NCBI GenBank assembly: GCA_038087875.1
Contig: CM075987.1
Location: forward strand, 26,290,001-26,354,000
Source: Malacoraja senta
Lineage: Eukaryota
DNA: 64,000 nucleotides
Direction of reading: 5' to 3'
Numbering within the stretch: position 1 is the stretch's first letter; each line of letters opens with the position of its first letter. The notes under the pieces were generated by a model. That model saw nothing but the letters and a program-made list of their open reading frames with translations, was not told the origin of the DNA and did no database searches. This document shows, piece after piece, positions 11,866-24,325 of the stretch. The position numbers were made by a program, and so were the translations under genes.

Positions 11866-12413
11866 AAGTCTATACCCTAAAAGTCAAGTCAAAAGAGAGA
11901 CTGTGGCTGCCGAAACCAGTTCTAAAAATATTGTTCTGAAAGCAATCTGCTTCCAATTTACGAGAAAACGACTATAGAAAAAGAAATGTGAAATCTTTAA
12001 GTGGGAGCAATATTTGAGCGCAGTATGAATAAAGGCAAGATATCTCATTTTCATTTGAAATTATTTCCACTTGGAGAACAATTACATTTTCGTTTTGAAG
12101 GCAGTGCTGTATTATATTGATCTGAACTCACCTCAGCTTGTAATGATTACATTTATTGTGATAATAACTTGCCTGACGGATGGTTAATTAAAAGTAAATT
12201 GTTTTTAATGTGTCATCGTGCCTGTGCAGTGCTCAATATCTTGGATATTAGTTTTTATGGTACATCAAAAATATTGAACAATTGTCTCCGAGCTCGTTTT
12301 AATTCTGAAATCAAATTTAAATCGTTGATAGGTAACGTCTCAGATGAGGACGCATCCTCAGACGGATTGCAATGGGAGGAGTGGGGGTGGGGGTGGGGGG
12401 TAGAGGAGGGGCA

Positions 12414-12706
12414 GGACTTCCGGTGGCACCATGCAGCAGTGAGAGGCGCAGCAATCAGCTCCGCTCCCGAAAAATTTGCTAAAAGGCCTTTAAAAGAAAA
12501 CGGGAACGAATTAAAAATGCTCACCGGGGATGCCTGACATCGAGTAAGTGACGTAATCAGAAATCGCCGCAAACTAGCGGGGATACCGGCACTTTTAAAT
12601 GCCAAAACTGAATTTACCTAAACGACCCACGACAAGACCTCTAACCAGACTGCTCGCTAAAGAGTTGGGGAAAACAACTCAAACAACTCCAGAAGGATCT
12701 GAAGGA
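12414..12706 (+). mobile_element. Possible 5' end (5' UTR and ORF1 start) of an L1-clade element
   Basis: Begins GGACTTCCGGTGGCACCATG, CpG-rich; ATG ~12599 opens MPKLNLPKRPTTRPLTRLLAKELGK; flanked by a ~120 bp direct duplication. Confidence 0.45.
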
Positions 12707-12942
12707 TCGGTTTAATTCTGAAATCAAATTTAAATCGTTGATAGGTAACTTTTCAGATGAGGACCCGTCCTCAGACGGCTTGCGATGGGAGGGGTGGGGT
12801 GGGGATAGAGGAGGGGCAGGACATTCCACACACCTCTCTCCATCCCTCCCCAGTTCTCCGACCAGTCTGTCTGTCTCCGACTACATTCTATCTCTGAATG
12901 CTTTGTTGTTACCTTCTCCCAACTAACGACAATCTATTCTAC

Positions 12943-13142
12943 NNNNNNNNNNNNNNNNNNNNNNNNNNNNNNNNNNNNNNNNNNNNNNNNNNNNNNNNNN
13001 NNNNNNNNNNNNNNNNNNNNNNNNNNNNNNNNNNNNNNNNNNNNNNNNNNNNNNNNNNNNNNNNNNNNNNNNNNNNNNNNNNNNNNNNNNNNNNNNNNNN
13101 NNNNNNNNNNNNNNNNNNNNNNNNNNNNNNNNNNNNNNNNNN
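12943..13142. other. Assembly gap (200 N)
   Basis: Run of N. Confidence 1.
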
Positions 13143-13649
13143 GGCCCTTCGGCCCACCTCGTCCGTGCCGACCAGCGATCCCCGTACACTGATGCTATCC
13201 TACACACACGAAACATAGAAATATAGAAACATAGAAAATAGGTGCAGGAGTAGGCCATTCGGCCCTTCGAGCCAGCACCGCCATCCAATATGATCATGGC
13301 TGATCATCCAAAATCAGTACCCCGTTCCTGCTTTCTCCCCATATCCCTCGATTCCGTTAGCCCTAAGAGCTAAATCTAACTCTCTCAAGTCAACAATATT
13401 TTCCCTGGGGGGGAAACCAGTGCTCCCAGAGAAAATCCACACTGGTCACGGGGAAAACTTCGTACAAACAGCGCCCGTTGTTGGGATCGAACCCGGGTCT
13501 CTGGCACTGTGAGGCAGCAACTCTACCGCTGCTCCACCGTGTCACCCATAAGTGTTATGTGAAAAGAAAGCGAGAGCCCTTTGAATCCTTCATTCTAAAC
13601 AGAATGAAAGGGTCAAAAGCATTTTATGAAGTGAGACAGAATTAAAAGT

Positions 13650-14197
13650 ATTGAATATTGTTTTCAGTTCTGGGCACCATGTTATAGGAAAGATATTGTC
13701 AAGCTTGAAAGGGATCAGAAAAGATTTACGGGGATGTTGCCAGGACTAGAGGGTCTGAGCCATAGGGAGAGGTTGAGTAGGCTGGGTCTCTATTCCATGG
13801 AGCGCAGGAGGATGAGGGGGGGGTTCTTATAGAGGTGTTGAAGATTGTGAGAGGAATAGATCGGGTAGATGCACAGAGTCTCTTGCCCAGAGTAGGGGAA
13901 TCGAGGACCAGAGGACATAGGTTCAAGGTGAAGGAAAAAAGATTTAATAGGAATCTGAGGGGTAACTTTTTCACACAAAGGGTGGTGGGTGTATGGAACG
14001 AGCTGCCAGAGGAGGTAGTTGAGGCTGGGACTATCCCAACGTTAAAGAAACAGTTTGACAGGTACATGGATAGGACAGGTTTGGAGGGATATGGACCAAG
14101 CGCAGGCAGGTGGGACGAGTGTAGCTGGGACATGTCGGCCGGTGTGGGCAAGTTGGGCCGCAGGGCCTCTTTCCACACCGTATCACTCTATGACTCC
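13650..14197 (+). mobile_element. CR1 LINE 3' fragment
   Basis: KIVRGIDRVDAQSLLPRVGESRTRGHRFKVKEKRFNRNLRGNFFTQRVVGVWNELPEEVVEAG; tail shared with the SINE. Confidence 0.9.
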
Positions 14198-14761
14198 AAA
14201 AGGGAAATATATATAAATCCCCGAGACACTTCTCTTGCTTGGAAAGCGGAAATATTGCTGAGTGGAAATGAATTTTAATCCATAAGAAGCCATTATGTGA
14301 AGAAATGATGCAGGGAAACCCTCAAACTGTGACAATGGACATTCAGTAATTTGTTTAACACTGAACCAGAGCACTTCAAACATTTTGATTGCATTAATTT
14401 GTCTCTTCGGATGTTTGCCAACTGACATTTATTCTTGCTATTTGGTGAGTACTGAGAAGTTTATTTGTGCCGTGTAAGCATTAGGACAAAGTTGGGCTGC
14501 TACTTGAGAGAGAAAACACAGGGGGCCTTGATGTCCTGCAGTGGTTTTGATACCTCACAAAGCAACTGTTGAGTTTGCAGCATCATATAAGGAGGTACAA
14601 GCAGGCAGCATCTCTGGAGAGAAGGAATGGGTGACGTTTCGGGTCCAGACCCTTCTTCAGACTCCTCACTCTCCGACGAAATCTCCTCAAGGAACTGCAG
14701 ATGCTGGTTTACAAAAGAAAAGACACAACGTGGAATTGTGGTAGAGCTGGTGGTACCGCAG

Positions 14762-15052
14762 CACAGCGGCACAGCGGTACAGTTGCTGCCTCACAGCGCC
14801 AGAGACACGGGTTCCATCCCGACTACGGGTGCTGTCTCTACGGAGTTTGCACATTCTCCCCGTGACCTGCATCAGTTTTCTCAGAGATCTTCGGTTTTCC
14901 TCCCACACTCCAAAGACGAACAGGTTTGTAGGTTAATTGGCTTCAATATAAATGTAGATTGTCCCTAGTGTGTGTTGGGTAGTGTTAGTGGCGGGGATCG
15001 CTGGTCGGCGCGGACTCGGTGGGTCGAAGGGCCTGTTCTGCTCTGTGTCTCT
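14762..15052 (+). mobile_element. V-domain SINE
   Basis: Head, core and tail present. Confidence 0.8.
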
Positions 15053-15276
15053 GCTACCGTGCCGCCCCAGTGTTAAATAGCTGTTTACATTTTTAATGAA
15101 AGAGCTTCAACTCTGTCAACACAACTTGGATCCAAACCACAATATCATCGAACGTCAGGATGTTGCCTCACCCGCTGAGATTCTCCAGCATTTTGTGTCT
15201 ATATACAATGTCACCCTTTGTTTGTCTCTTCGCTGATTCAATTGAAAACACTCTGGGCAATCCCACTGCAGGCATA

Positions 15277-16118
15277 GGGGGCACGGTGGCTCAGCGGTAG
15301 CGTTGCTGCCTCACAGCTCCAGAGACCCGGGATCAGAGAGATTCAGAGATTCCTTTATTTTGTCATTCAGACCTTTCGGTCTGAACGAAATTTCGTTGCC
15401 TGCAGTCATACATATAATAATAAATGACAAAACACACAATAAACACAAATTAACATCCACCACAGTGAGTTCACCAGGCACCTCCTCACTGTGATGGAGG
15501 CAAAAGTCTTAAAGTCTCTGTCTCTTCCCGCTTTGTTCTCCCTCTGCGCTGAGGCGATCCAGGCTTCTGATGCTGTGACCCCGCCGGGCGGCGGCAAGCC
15601 AGTCCCGCGGCCGAATCCGTGCTCCGCGACGGGCCGGCTCAAACTCCGCGGCCCGGGGTGGTCGAAGCTGCCGAAGCTGCCGCCCTCCAGTCCAGCGGAC
15701 GCAGCTGTAGTTGCGGGAGCCCCAGAAAAACAGGTCACCAACCTGTGACCTGCGCGCTCCCGGACGATGTCGTCCACTGGGCCCGCGGCCGAGCCTCCGG
15801 ACTCAGGTCGCCACCAGTGTCCTCGGTCGCCACCGTCGGAACGCCACCGCAGCCCCGAAGTTGGCCAGCCTCGCGCTCCCGAAGATCCTGACCACGAGTG
15901 CTATCTGTACGGAGTTTGCACGTGACCTGCGTGGGTTTTCTCCGGGTGCTCCGGTTTCCTCCCCACACTCCAAAGACGGACAGGTTTGTAGGTTAATTGG
16001 CTTCAGTAAAACTGTAAATTGTCCCTAGCGTGTGTAGGATAGTGTTAGCGTACGGGGTGATCTCTGGTCTGCGCGGACTCGGTGGGCCGAAGGGCCCGTT
16101 TCCACGCTGAATCTCTAA
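15277..16118 (+). mobile_element. V-domain SINE interrupted by a CpG-rich minus-strand non-coding repeat (~15332-15885)
   Basis: SINE head breaks after gagacccggg and resumes at gatcctgaccacgagtg; the insert resembles repeats at 33225-33400 and 52845-53005. Confidence 0.7.
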
Positions 16119-16564
16119 CGCAAATGGAGTGTTTACTCCGGTTTCCACAATCCAAAGACGTGCAGATTTTAAGTCAATTGTCTTCTGTAATTTGTCCCCA
16201 CAGTGTAGTGAGAAACTGGGTTAAAATAGAACTAGTGTGTAGGTGATCGTCGGACGTCGGTCGGCATGGACTCAGTGGGCCAAAGGGCCTGTCTCCACAC
16301 TGCATATCTAAACTGAAATAAACTTAGCTGGCACTGCAGAAATACATGTCTAATTGTATAACTCTCTTTCATCTTCAGCATTCCCAGCAGCTGGGTGGGT
16401 TGTCAAGTACAGTCTTCCTTCTGTTTAGGTCCCCCATTTTACCATCACCTACAAACCTTGGCAGTTCCAAAACAATTCGCAGATTGCCATAGACTTAGAG
16501 CAGCCCAGTTGCAAATATCGAGCCTGTTATCAATTAATTCTTAAGATAGACACAATATGAAATG

Positions 16565-17150
16565 TAGGGATGTAACGCTGAGGCTCTACAAGGCGCTGGT
16601 CAGGCTGCATTTGGAATATGTGAGCAATTTTGGGCCTCGTATATGAGGAAGGATGTGCTGGCTCTGGAGAGGGTCCAGAGGAGGTTTACAAGAATGATCC
16701 CAGGAATGAGTAGGGTAACATATGATGAGCGTTTGACGGCACTGGGCCTGTATTCGCTGGAGTTTAGAAGAATGAGGGGGGACCTCATTGAAACGTACAG
16801 GATAGTGAAAGGCCTGGATAGAGTGGATGTGGAGAGGATGTTTCCACTGGTGGGAGAGTCTGGGACTAGTGGTCAAAGCCTCAGAATTAAAGGATGTTCT
16901 TTTAGGAAGATGAGGAGGAATTTCTTTAGTCAGAGGGTGGAATTCTTTGCCACAGAAGACTGTGGAGGCCAAGTCAGTGGATATATTTAAGGCAGAGATG
17001 GATAGATTCTTAATTAGTGCAGGTGTCAGAGGTTATAGGGAGACGGCAGGAAAATGGGGTTAGGAGGGAGAGATAGATCAGCCATGATTGGAGGGCAGAG
17101 TAGACTTGATGGGCCGAATGGCCTAATTCTACTCCTATCACTTACGATAA
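16565..17150 (+). mobile_element. CR1 LINE 3' fragment
   Basis: RKDVLALERVQRRFTRMIPGMSRVTYDERLTALGLYSLEFRRMRGDLIETY. Confidence 0.9.
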
Positions 17151-17229
17151 TCACTTATAAAACAAAATGCTGGTGTAATTCAGTGGGTCAGGCAGCATCT
17201 GTGGAGAGAAGGAATGGGGTTTGGGATGT

Positions 17230-17390
17230 TTGTGGCCACCGGGAGATTGCGTGGGCCTGGGGCGGACTGAGTGGAGGTGTTCAACGAAGAACGATCGCCG
17301 AGCCTGCGCTTGGTCTCGCTGATGTGCAGGGATCCACACCTGGAACAGGGGATGCTGCAGGTGAGGTTGGAGGAGGTGCAAGTGAATGGC
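17230..17390 (-). mobile_element. PLE GIY-YIG endonuclease fragment
   Basis: FTCTSSNLTCSIPCSRCGSLHISETKRRLGDR. Confidence 0.75.
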
Positions 17391-17975
17391 TGATGAAGAA
17401 AGGTCTTAACCCAAAACATCACCCGTTCCTTCTCTCCAGAGGAACGGGTGATATTTTGGGTTGAGTTACTCCAGCATTGTGTGTGTCTATCTTCGGTGTA
17501 AACCAGCATCTGCAGTTCCTTCCGACACATCGACCCATTCTTTCCAGTGGAACTGGAGAATGTAGCCGTCAATTCCGAAGGATATACTCTAATGCATGAA
17601 ATAAAGAATCTCCTGTAATTTACAGTCACAAATGAAAGAAATAGATCAATTAGCATCGTAATTGCCTTCTCTTTTCGAATAAATAATTTCAGGCTTTACA
17701 GCTGTTTCCTTGCAGATTAACCTGCATTCATTGTGTATTGCAGCAGCTTTAGGCAGCCTCCGTGTGTGAAGAGACTTGTTGATGATTTTCCCCTGGTTAT
17801 GGCTCTGAGGATTACAAAAAACCAAGCATGGTTGCATTTCAACACTCATTTTTTTTAAGTTGCATAAAATGTTTGAATGAATTGATTTTCTCCTGGGTGA
17901 TTTTGTGTTTTTTTTAGTTTTCACTATGCAAAGCATGTCAGTCCTTAGCAAAGCAACACGTTTCCAATCTTGTTA

Positions 17976-18421
17976 AAGAATTAAGTGTTAAAGAAGGAAC
18001 TGCAGATGCTGGAAAATCGAAGGTACACAAAAATGCTGGAGAAACTCAGCGGGTGCAGCAGCATCTATGGAGCGAAGGAAATAGGTAACGTTTCGGGCCG
18101 AAACCCTTCTTCAGACTGATAGGGGGTGGGGAGAAGAAAGGGAAAAAGGAAAAAGGCGGAGGAGGAGCCCGAGGGCTGGGGGAGGGGAGGAGACAACCAG
18201 ATGGCTGATGAAGGGGAGGGGACAGCAAGGGCTAGCAGAATTGGGAGAATTCAATGTTCAAACCCCCAGGATGTAGACTGCCCAAGCGGAATATGAGGTG
18301 CATTTCCTCCAATTTACGGTGTTGCTCGCTGTGGCCATGGAGGAGACCCAGGACAGAGAGGTCAGATACGGAATGGGAGGGGGAGTTGAAGTGCTGAGCC
18401 ACCGGGAGGTCAGGTTGGTTA
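17976..18421 (-). mobile_element. Young 5'-truncated PLE insertion with TSD
   Basis: PDLPVAQHFNSPSHSVSDLSVLGL..RKLEEMHLIFRLGSLHPGGLNIEF; TSD aatcttgtta at 17966-17975 and 18422-18431. Confidence 0.85.
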
Positions 18422-19191
18422 AATCTTGTTATTGTCAATAACATACGCTGGGTTCTTATCAGAAGCGAAGATGTCATTCACAACGAAAAAAGCCTTCGTA
18501 TATCGCCCTCCTGATTCTCCCGTTGGAAAAATGTTGTCATACCTGTTCTTAAGGCTGAGTTCATGTTATGGGAGTAGAATTAGGCTATTCGGCCCATCAA
18601 TTCTACTCAAGAGTCAAAAGTCAAGAGAGTTTTTATTGTCATGTGTCCCAGATTGGACAATGACATTCTTGCCTGCTGCAGCACAACACAATATGTTAAA
18701 CATAATACAAAACGGTAGATAAAATGTCAGTGTGTCTATTAGACCATAGATACACAATAAATATACAGATATGGTGCAATAATAATAAGACTGTTATTGT
18801 TCAGAGTTTATTTGATGTCGTGTTTAATAGCCTGATGGCTGTGGGGAAGAAGCTGTTCATTCATGGCTGATCTATCTTTCCCTCTCAACCCCATTCCCCT
18901 GCCTTTGTCCCATAACCCGACACCCGTACTAATCAAGAACTGTCCATCTCTGCCTTAAAAATACCCAATAACTTGGCCTCCACAGCCGTCTGTGGCAATG
19001 AATTCCATGATTCACCACCCTCTGACTGAAGAAATTCCTCCCCATCTCCTTTCTAAAGGTACATCATTTTCTCTTTCAGATGATCCATAAAACCCACCAA
19101 CCTTTCAGTTGGGCATCAAAAAGCTGAGGGTGCTATTTGTAGTAAAAAAAAGAGTTCTTCCCTGAAGTCTTCATTATTTATCTCTCAACTA

Positions 19192-20505
19192 AGGGCGACA
19201 CGGTGGTGCAGCGGTAGAGTTGCTGCCTTTCAGCACCAGAGACCCAGGTTCAATCCCGACCACGGGTGCTTGTCTGTACGGAGTTTGTACCTTCTCCCCG
19301 TGACCCGCGTCGGTTTTCTCCGTGATAAAGTCATAGAGTGATAAGGGCCTGTCCCCACTGCGGGGACCTAATCCGCAAGTTTAGAAGAGTTTGCCCTCGA
19401 CTCATACTCGTGGCATGGTCGACACGAGGTCCGAGGAGGTCTTTGTAACTCTCCCTCATGCTCGAGAGTAGTCCCCGCGTACTTGAGGCCTCAGTTTGGC
19501 CGCGGCGTTTTTTTAGCACGCTCAAAATTATCCGCGAGTAATAAAAGGTCGCCATGGAAAAAAATCTATATTTTTTTACTCGTAGGTTTAGTCGAAGTAG
19601 GTCGTAGTTGGTCGTCATGTTATTCGTACGTTATCGAGGGTAGTCAAAAGTAATGGAAGGTAGTTGAAGGTAGTTGTAGATAGTCTTCAACAGAGTCGAA
19701 TGGAGGTCGAAGGAGGTCGTCTTCACTCTCCACTATTCGTGGTCCAATTTTCCTGAAGGAAGTCGAAGCTAGTCTTCAACATAGTCGAAGGAGGTCAAAG
19801 GAGGTCTTCCACATAGTGGAAGGAGGTCTTCAACCTATTCGTAGAAGGTTCTCTACATAGTCGAGGAAGGTCGAAAGAGATACAACACGACCGTGACACT
19901 TTTTTCATACTCTCCTAACCCTCTTCTACACATGCAAATTAGGTCCCCGCAGTGGGACAGGCCCTTCGGCTCAACTTGCCCACACCAGCCAACATATCCC
20001 AGCTACATTAGTCCCACCTGCCTGCGCTTGGTTCATATCCCTCCAAACCTGTCATGTCCATGTACCTGTCTGTTTCTTAAACATTGGGATAGCCCCAGCC
20101 TCAACTACCTCCTCTGGCAGCTTGTCCCATACACCCACCACCCTTTGTGTGAACAAGTTACCCCTCAGATTCGGATTAAATATTTTCCACTTCAACTTGA
20201 ACCTATGTCTTCTGGTCCTCGATTCCCCTACTCTGGGCAAGAGACTCTGTGCATCTACCCGATCTAGCCCTCTCATGATTTTATACACCCCTATAAGATC
20301 GCCCCTCATCCTCCTGCGCTCCAAGGAATAGAGTCCTTCGGTTTCCTCCCACACTCCAAAGACGTACAGGTTTGTTGGTTGATCGACTTGGTATAAAATG
20401 TAAATTGTGTGTAGGATAGCGTTAATGTGTGGTGATCGCTGGTCGGCGCGGATTCGGTGGGCGAAAAGGGCCTGTTTCCACGCTGTATCTCTAAATTAAA
20501 CTAAA
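19192..20505 (+). mobile_element. Nest: V-SINE (+) containing a CR1 (-, ~19330-20335) containing a MITE
   Basis: SINE breaks at ttttctccgtgat and resumes at cttcggtttcctcccaca ~20336; CR1 ORF 20052-20354. Confidence 0.8.
19344..19965. mobile_element. Harbinger-type MITE, related to 2473-2838
   Basis: TIR agggcctgtccccactgcggggacctaat...attaggtccccgcagtgggacaggccct; internal gtcgaaggagg repeats. Confidence 0.85.
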
Positions 20506-20514
20506 CAAGAGTAT

Positions 20515-20680
20515 AACAACAAATATCTGATCAATACCTCATTGGTGATTGTGGGACCAAGCTTCCTGCAAATTAATACCACGCTTCCAAAGTTTTAACA
20601 GGGTCTATGTGTTAGAAGTATTTATTTGGCTATTAAGTGCTTCAGGAAATTCTGAAGCGCAGTTAATTGCAAGACCTTTC
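20515..20680 (+). mobile_element. Highly decayed ancient SINE 3' half (Deu-domain/L2-tail type, SacSINE/AmnSINE-like)
   Basis: tctgatcaatacctcattggtgattgtggga..caaatt..agaagtatttatttggctattaagtgctt..ctgaag resembles the recalled consensus of this group; not aligned computationally. Confidence 0.5.
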
Positions 20681-20839
20681 CATCAACTTTCATCGCAGAG
20701 GGATTAAATCCCATAAATTATCCAGATTTTGTTGTTGGAAACATCAAGATTTCAATTTATCGTCTTCCTCTGGCATCTTAGACATCCCCCCTTTAATCAT
20801 GTACTTTAAATGCACTTACCAAACGCAAAAGCCAAAGGT

Positions 20840-21103
20840 GAAGAGAAGGTTTACGAGGATGTAGCCAGGACTCGAGGGCCTGAGCTGTAGGGAGAGGTTG
20901 AGTAGGCTGGGACTCTATTCCTTGGAGCGCAGGAGAATGAGGAGTGATCTTAGAGAGGTGGACAACATCATGAGAGAAACAGATCGGGTAGACGCACGGA
21001 GTCTCTTGCCCAGAGTAGTGGATTCAAGAACCAGAGGACATTGGTTTACGGTGAAGGGGGAAAGATTTAATAGGAACCTGAGGGGTAACTTTTTCACACA
21101 AAC
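20840..21103 (+). mobile_element. CR1 LINE fragment
   Basis: SRLGLYSLERRRMRSDL..RGNFFTQ. Confidence 0.8.
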
Positions 21104-22168
21104 GTGGCGGCAATGGGAGCCTCGGCGTCGGTGAGGCCTTGATGTCCATGAGCGGGAGGGGAGGGGGGAGGGGGAGGGGGGGAGGGGACAGGCACGGAAA
21201 TCGCTATCTAAACATGGGGGGGACCGGGGACGCAATTTCTTGGTGGCCGCGCACATTCACACACACGTGAGGCTTCAGCCGTGGGCCCTGTGGACGGTAA
21301 TTAATGACGGGTGCCGGCAGTCGCCGAAAAAAATCACGTAAGTGGGACAGGCCCATTAATTTCCCATCCAGTCTTCAGCTCCCACTAGCCGAGATGCTGG
21401 TGCTTTGTGATAAAAGCATTGAAGCTTTTTCCTACGGTGGATTTCCTTCTGAAATGTAGCAAACTGTATTGATCGTGATTGACTCCAGGTGGCTATTTTA
21501 TTTCAGGAGTTAAAACGTAATGGCAAGTAATATAAATGGCACATATAAAAGAAAGCTAACAAACCAATGAAGAAACCATCATTGTTGGTATAATTTTCAG
21601 TAGCACTCATCGCCTGTTTGTCATCTGGTTTAGTTGTGAACAGGTGTGTTGTTGTCGTCTTGTGGATCGCTGAAAGAAATTACCTGTTAAATTGAATGTG
21701 ATTACTAATAATCGAGAGCAGACTTTTTATAAAGTGTGAATTGCAACATTATTATATGCGTACCATCCAGGTTCTGGAAAGTTAGTTTGCCACCAGTGTC
21801 GGGGAATCATACGGAGAAAACTCATGGGCGACGTTTCTGGTCGGGACCCTTCTTCAGACTTCAACCACTAGAGCTGATGCCTCACAGCGCCAGAGACCCG
21901 GGTTCAATCCTGACTTTGGGTGCCATCTGTGTGGAGTTTGCCCGTTCTCCCTCTGACCATGTAGGTTTCCTCCTGTTCGAACAAGGGTCCCGAACCGAAA
22001 CGTCACCCATCATTTAACTCCAGAGAAGCTGCCTGACCATCTGAGTCTTTGTGTCTATCTTTGGTAGATACCAGCATCAACAGTTCCTTCCTGCACACTC
22101 GTAGAATCATATAATGGTTGTAACACTGAATGAGGCCATTCAACAAGTGGAGTCTACGAAGATTCTAA

Positions 22169-22498
22169 TGGCCCTGTCCCACGATGCGAGTTCATTCCAA
22201 GAGCTCTCCCGAGTTAAAAAAAAATCAAACTGTTGGTAAGCACGGAGAATGAACGTAGCGGGTCCGTCGGAGCTCGCGGACGTCTCTTAGCGGCTCGTAA
22301 CGCTAACGGCGGGTACTCGGGAAGACTCGCTAACAGCAAGTAAGCTCGGGAAGACTCGTGAAGATTTTTCAACATGTTGAAAAATGTCCACGAGTTCTCT
22401 AAGTACCGACGAGCGGCCATTACCGTAAATCTCCGAGTTCGAATCAGGGCAAACTCGGGAGAGCTTTTGGAAGGAACTCGTACCGTGGGACAGGGCCA
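22169..22498. mobile_element. Harbinger-type MITE
   Basis: ~45 bp TIR tggccctgtcccacgatgcgagttcattccaagagctctcccgagtt...cagggcca; TAA on both flanks. Confidence 0.9.
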
Positions 22499-23554
22499 TA
22501 AGGAAGGCAAATGTAAGTGGGCAGCATAGTGGTCTAATTCTTTTCAGTGTCTGAGCTAGCTGACCGTGCGTGTGGCCGCAACTCCGCAGCGCGCGGTCGG
22601 ATGGGAACTGATTGCAAAATACATGTTTCACAAAACATGGGGGGGGATCGTCCCCCATCTCTGAAAACATGGAGGGGACCCGTCCCCCCCCGTCCCCCCG
22701 TCCCCCCCCTGGGATTTCCCCCCCTGCGGGGAGGGAAAGTCAATGGGGACCCGGCGTGGTGTGGGGGAGGGGTGGGGGGGGGCACTGTAGTTTAGAATCC
22801 TCTGCCCAGGAGATAAGTCTGTGTTTGTTTGTTCGTTCGTTCCGGTGAAGCCAGACAACACTCGCTTGTCTTTTTCATTTTGTTTTCACTTTTAATGTCA
22901 GGTTTTCGTGTACCTCGTTGTGTGTGCGACTGTCGGCATTGTCTTCGTTTTTTTCGTCCATCTTCGACGTAAACCAGCACCTGCAGTTCCTTCCTACACG
23001 TGGAAGTGAAATGTGAATTCCCCTGCGTCTGAGATGGTTACAGTCATGCGGGAAAACCTTCCGTCGCCGACCACTTAGCAGCCTTCGGGAAAGAATCGAA
23101 ATGATTTTGAACAAGCATCAGAATTCATAATTTATGTTGAACGTCTATGCAATTACTCAGCGCAGAATGAACTGTCTGGGCGATTTGAAGAGCAGTAGTC
23201 ATCAAAATGTGTGGGTCTTTTTATCCAAATTTAATCGTGCAAATGACAAATAATTGGACTTTAAGGTAACTTTCATACAAAATGCAGTCGTCAGCTTGAA
23301 GTATCACACAAGGTCATTTGATTTCAGGGCTGCCAACACTGATATTATTGAAATGTTATTAAGAAGCAAGCTCAGTAGCATCGCGGCAATGCACAGCAAA
23401 GGCTGATTATACTGCACCACAGACAGAGTCATCGAGTCTTACAGTATGGAAACAGGCCCTTCGGCCCAACTTGCCCACAGCGGCCTCCATGTCCCATCTA
23501 CACTACATGGGAAGAAACTGTCCCTGATTCAGGATATGTGCGTTTTCATGGTTC

Positions 23555-23890
23555 TCCCCTCTCCCATCGGGCAAGAGGGACAGAAGTGTGAAAGCCCACT
23601 CTTCCAGATTCAGGGACAGTTTCTTCCCAGCTGTTACCGGGCAACTGAACCATCCTCTCACCAACTAGAGAGCGGTCCTGAGTTACTATCTACCTCATTC
23701 AGACTGCCTTTGATTGGACTTTACTGGATTTTATCTTGCACAAGATGTTACTCATGTTATTCCCTTCATCATGTATCTGTACACTGTGGACGGCTCGATT
23801 GTAATCATGTATTGTTTGTTCCCGCTGACTGGTTAGCGCGCGACGAAAGCTTTTCACTGTACCTCGGTACACGTGACAATAAACTGAATT
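23555..23890 (+). mobile_element. Rex1/Babar LINE 3' end
   Basis: Same sequence family as 8175-8540 and 42150-42528. Confidence 0.75.
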
Positions 23891-23974
23891 CAAACACACT
23901 AGCCCCACCCGCCTGCGTTTGGCCCATATTCCTCCAAACCTGTCCTATCCATGTAATGTTGGGCGAGTCCAACG

Positions 23975-24325
23975 TAATATGTATCCATATAATGTTGGGC
24001 GAGTCCAGAACCAGGGGCCACAGTCTTAGAATAAAGGGGAGGCCATTTAAGACTGAGGTGAGAAAAAATATTTTCCACCCAGAGAGTTGTGAATTTATGG
24101 AATTCCCTGCCACAGAGGGCAGTGGAGGCCAAGTCACTGGATGGATTTAAGAGAGAGTTAGATAGAGCTCTAGGGGCTAGTGGGAATCAAGGGACATGGG
24201 GAGAAGGCAGGCACGGGTTATTGATTGGGGACGATCAGCCATGATCACAATGAATGGCGGTGCTGGCTCGAATGGCCTCATCCTGCACCTATTTTCTATG
24301 TTCCTATTGTTTCTATGTTTCTATG
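23975..24325 (+). mobile_element. CR1 3' fragment nested in a minus-strand CR1
   Basis: MLGESRTRGHSLRIKGRPFKTEVRKNIF; (tttctatg)n tail. Confidence 0.8.

Noticed and set aside
12898..13297. ORFs spanning X runs
   Set aside because: Artefacts of the 200-N gap
16429..16560. Possible exon after cttccttctgtttag
   Set aside because: No donor before the stop and no recognisable protein similarity
19600..19880. CRISPR-like short repeats (also 2540-2660 and 8755-8945)
   Set aside because: Degenerate tandem repeats inside MITEs, with no constant repeat/unique spacer pattern and no cas genes; the context is eukaryotic
22902..23010. Strong acceptor followed by a transmembrane-like peptide VFVYLVVCATVGIVFVFFVHLRRK
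   Set aside because: The second half derives from a PLE tail, and T-rich DNA naturally translates hydrophobic; no supporting exons
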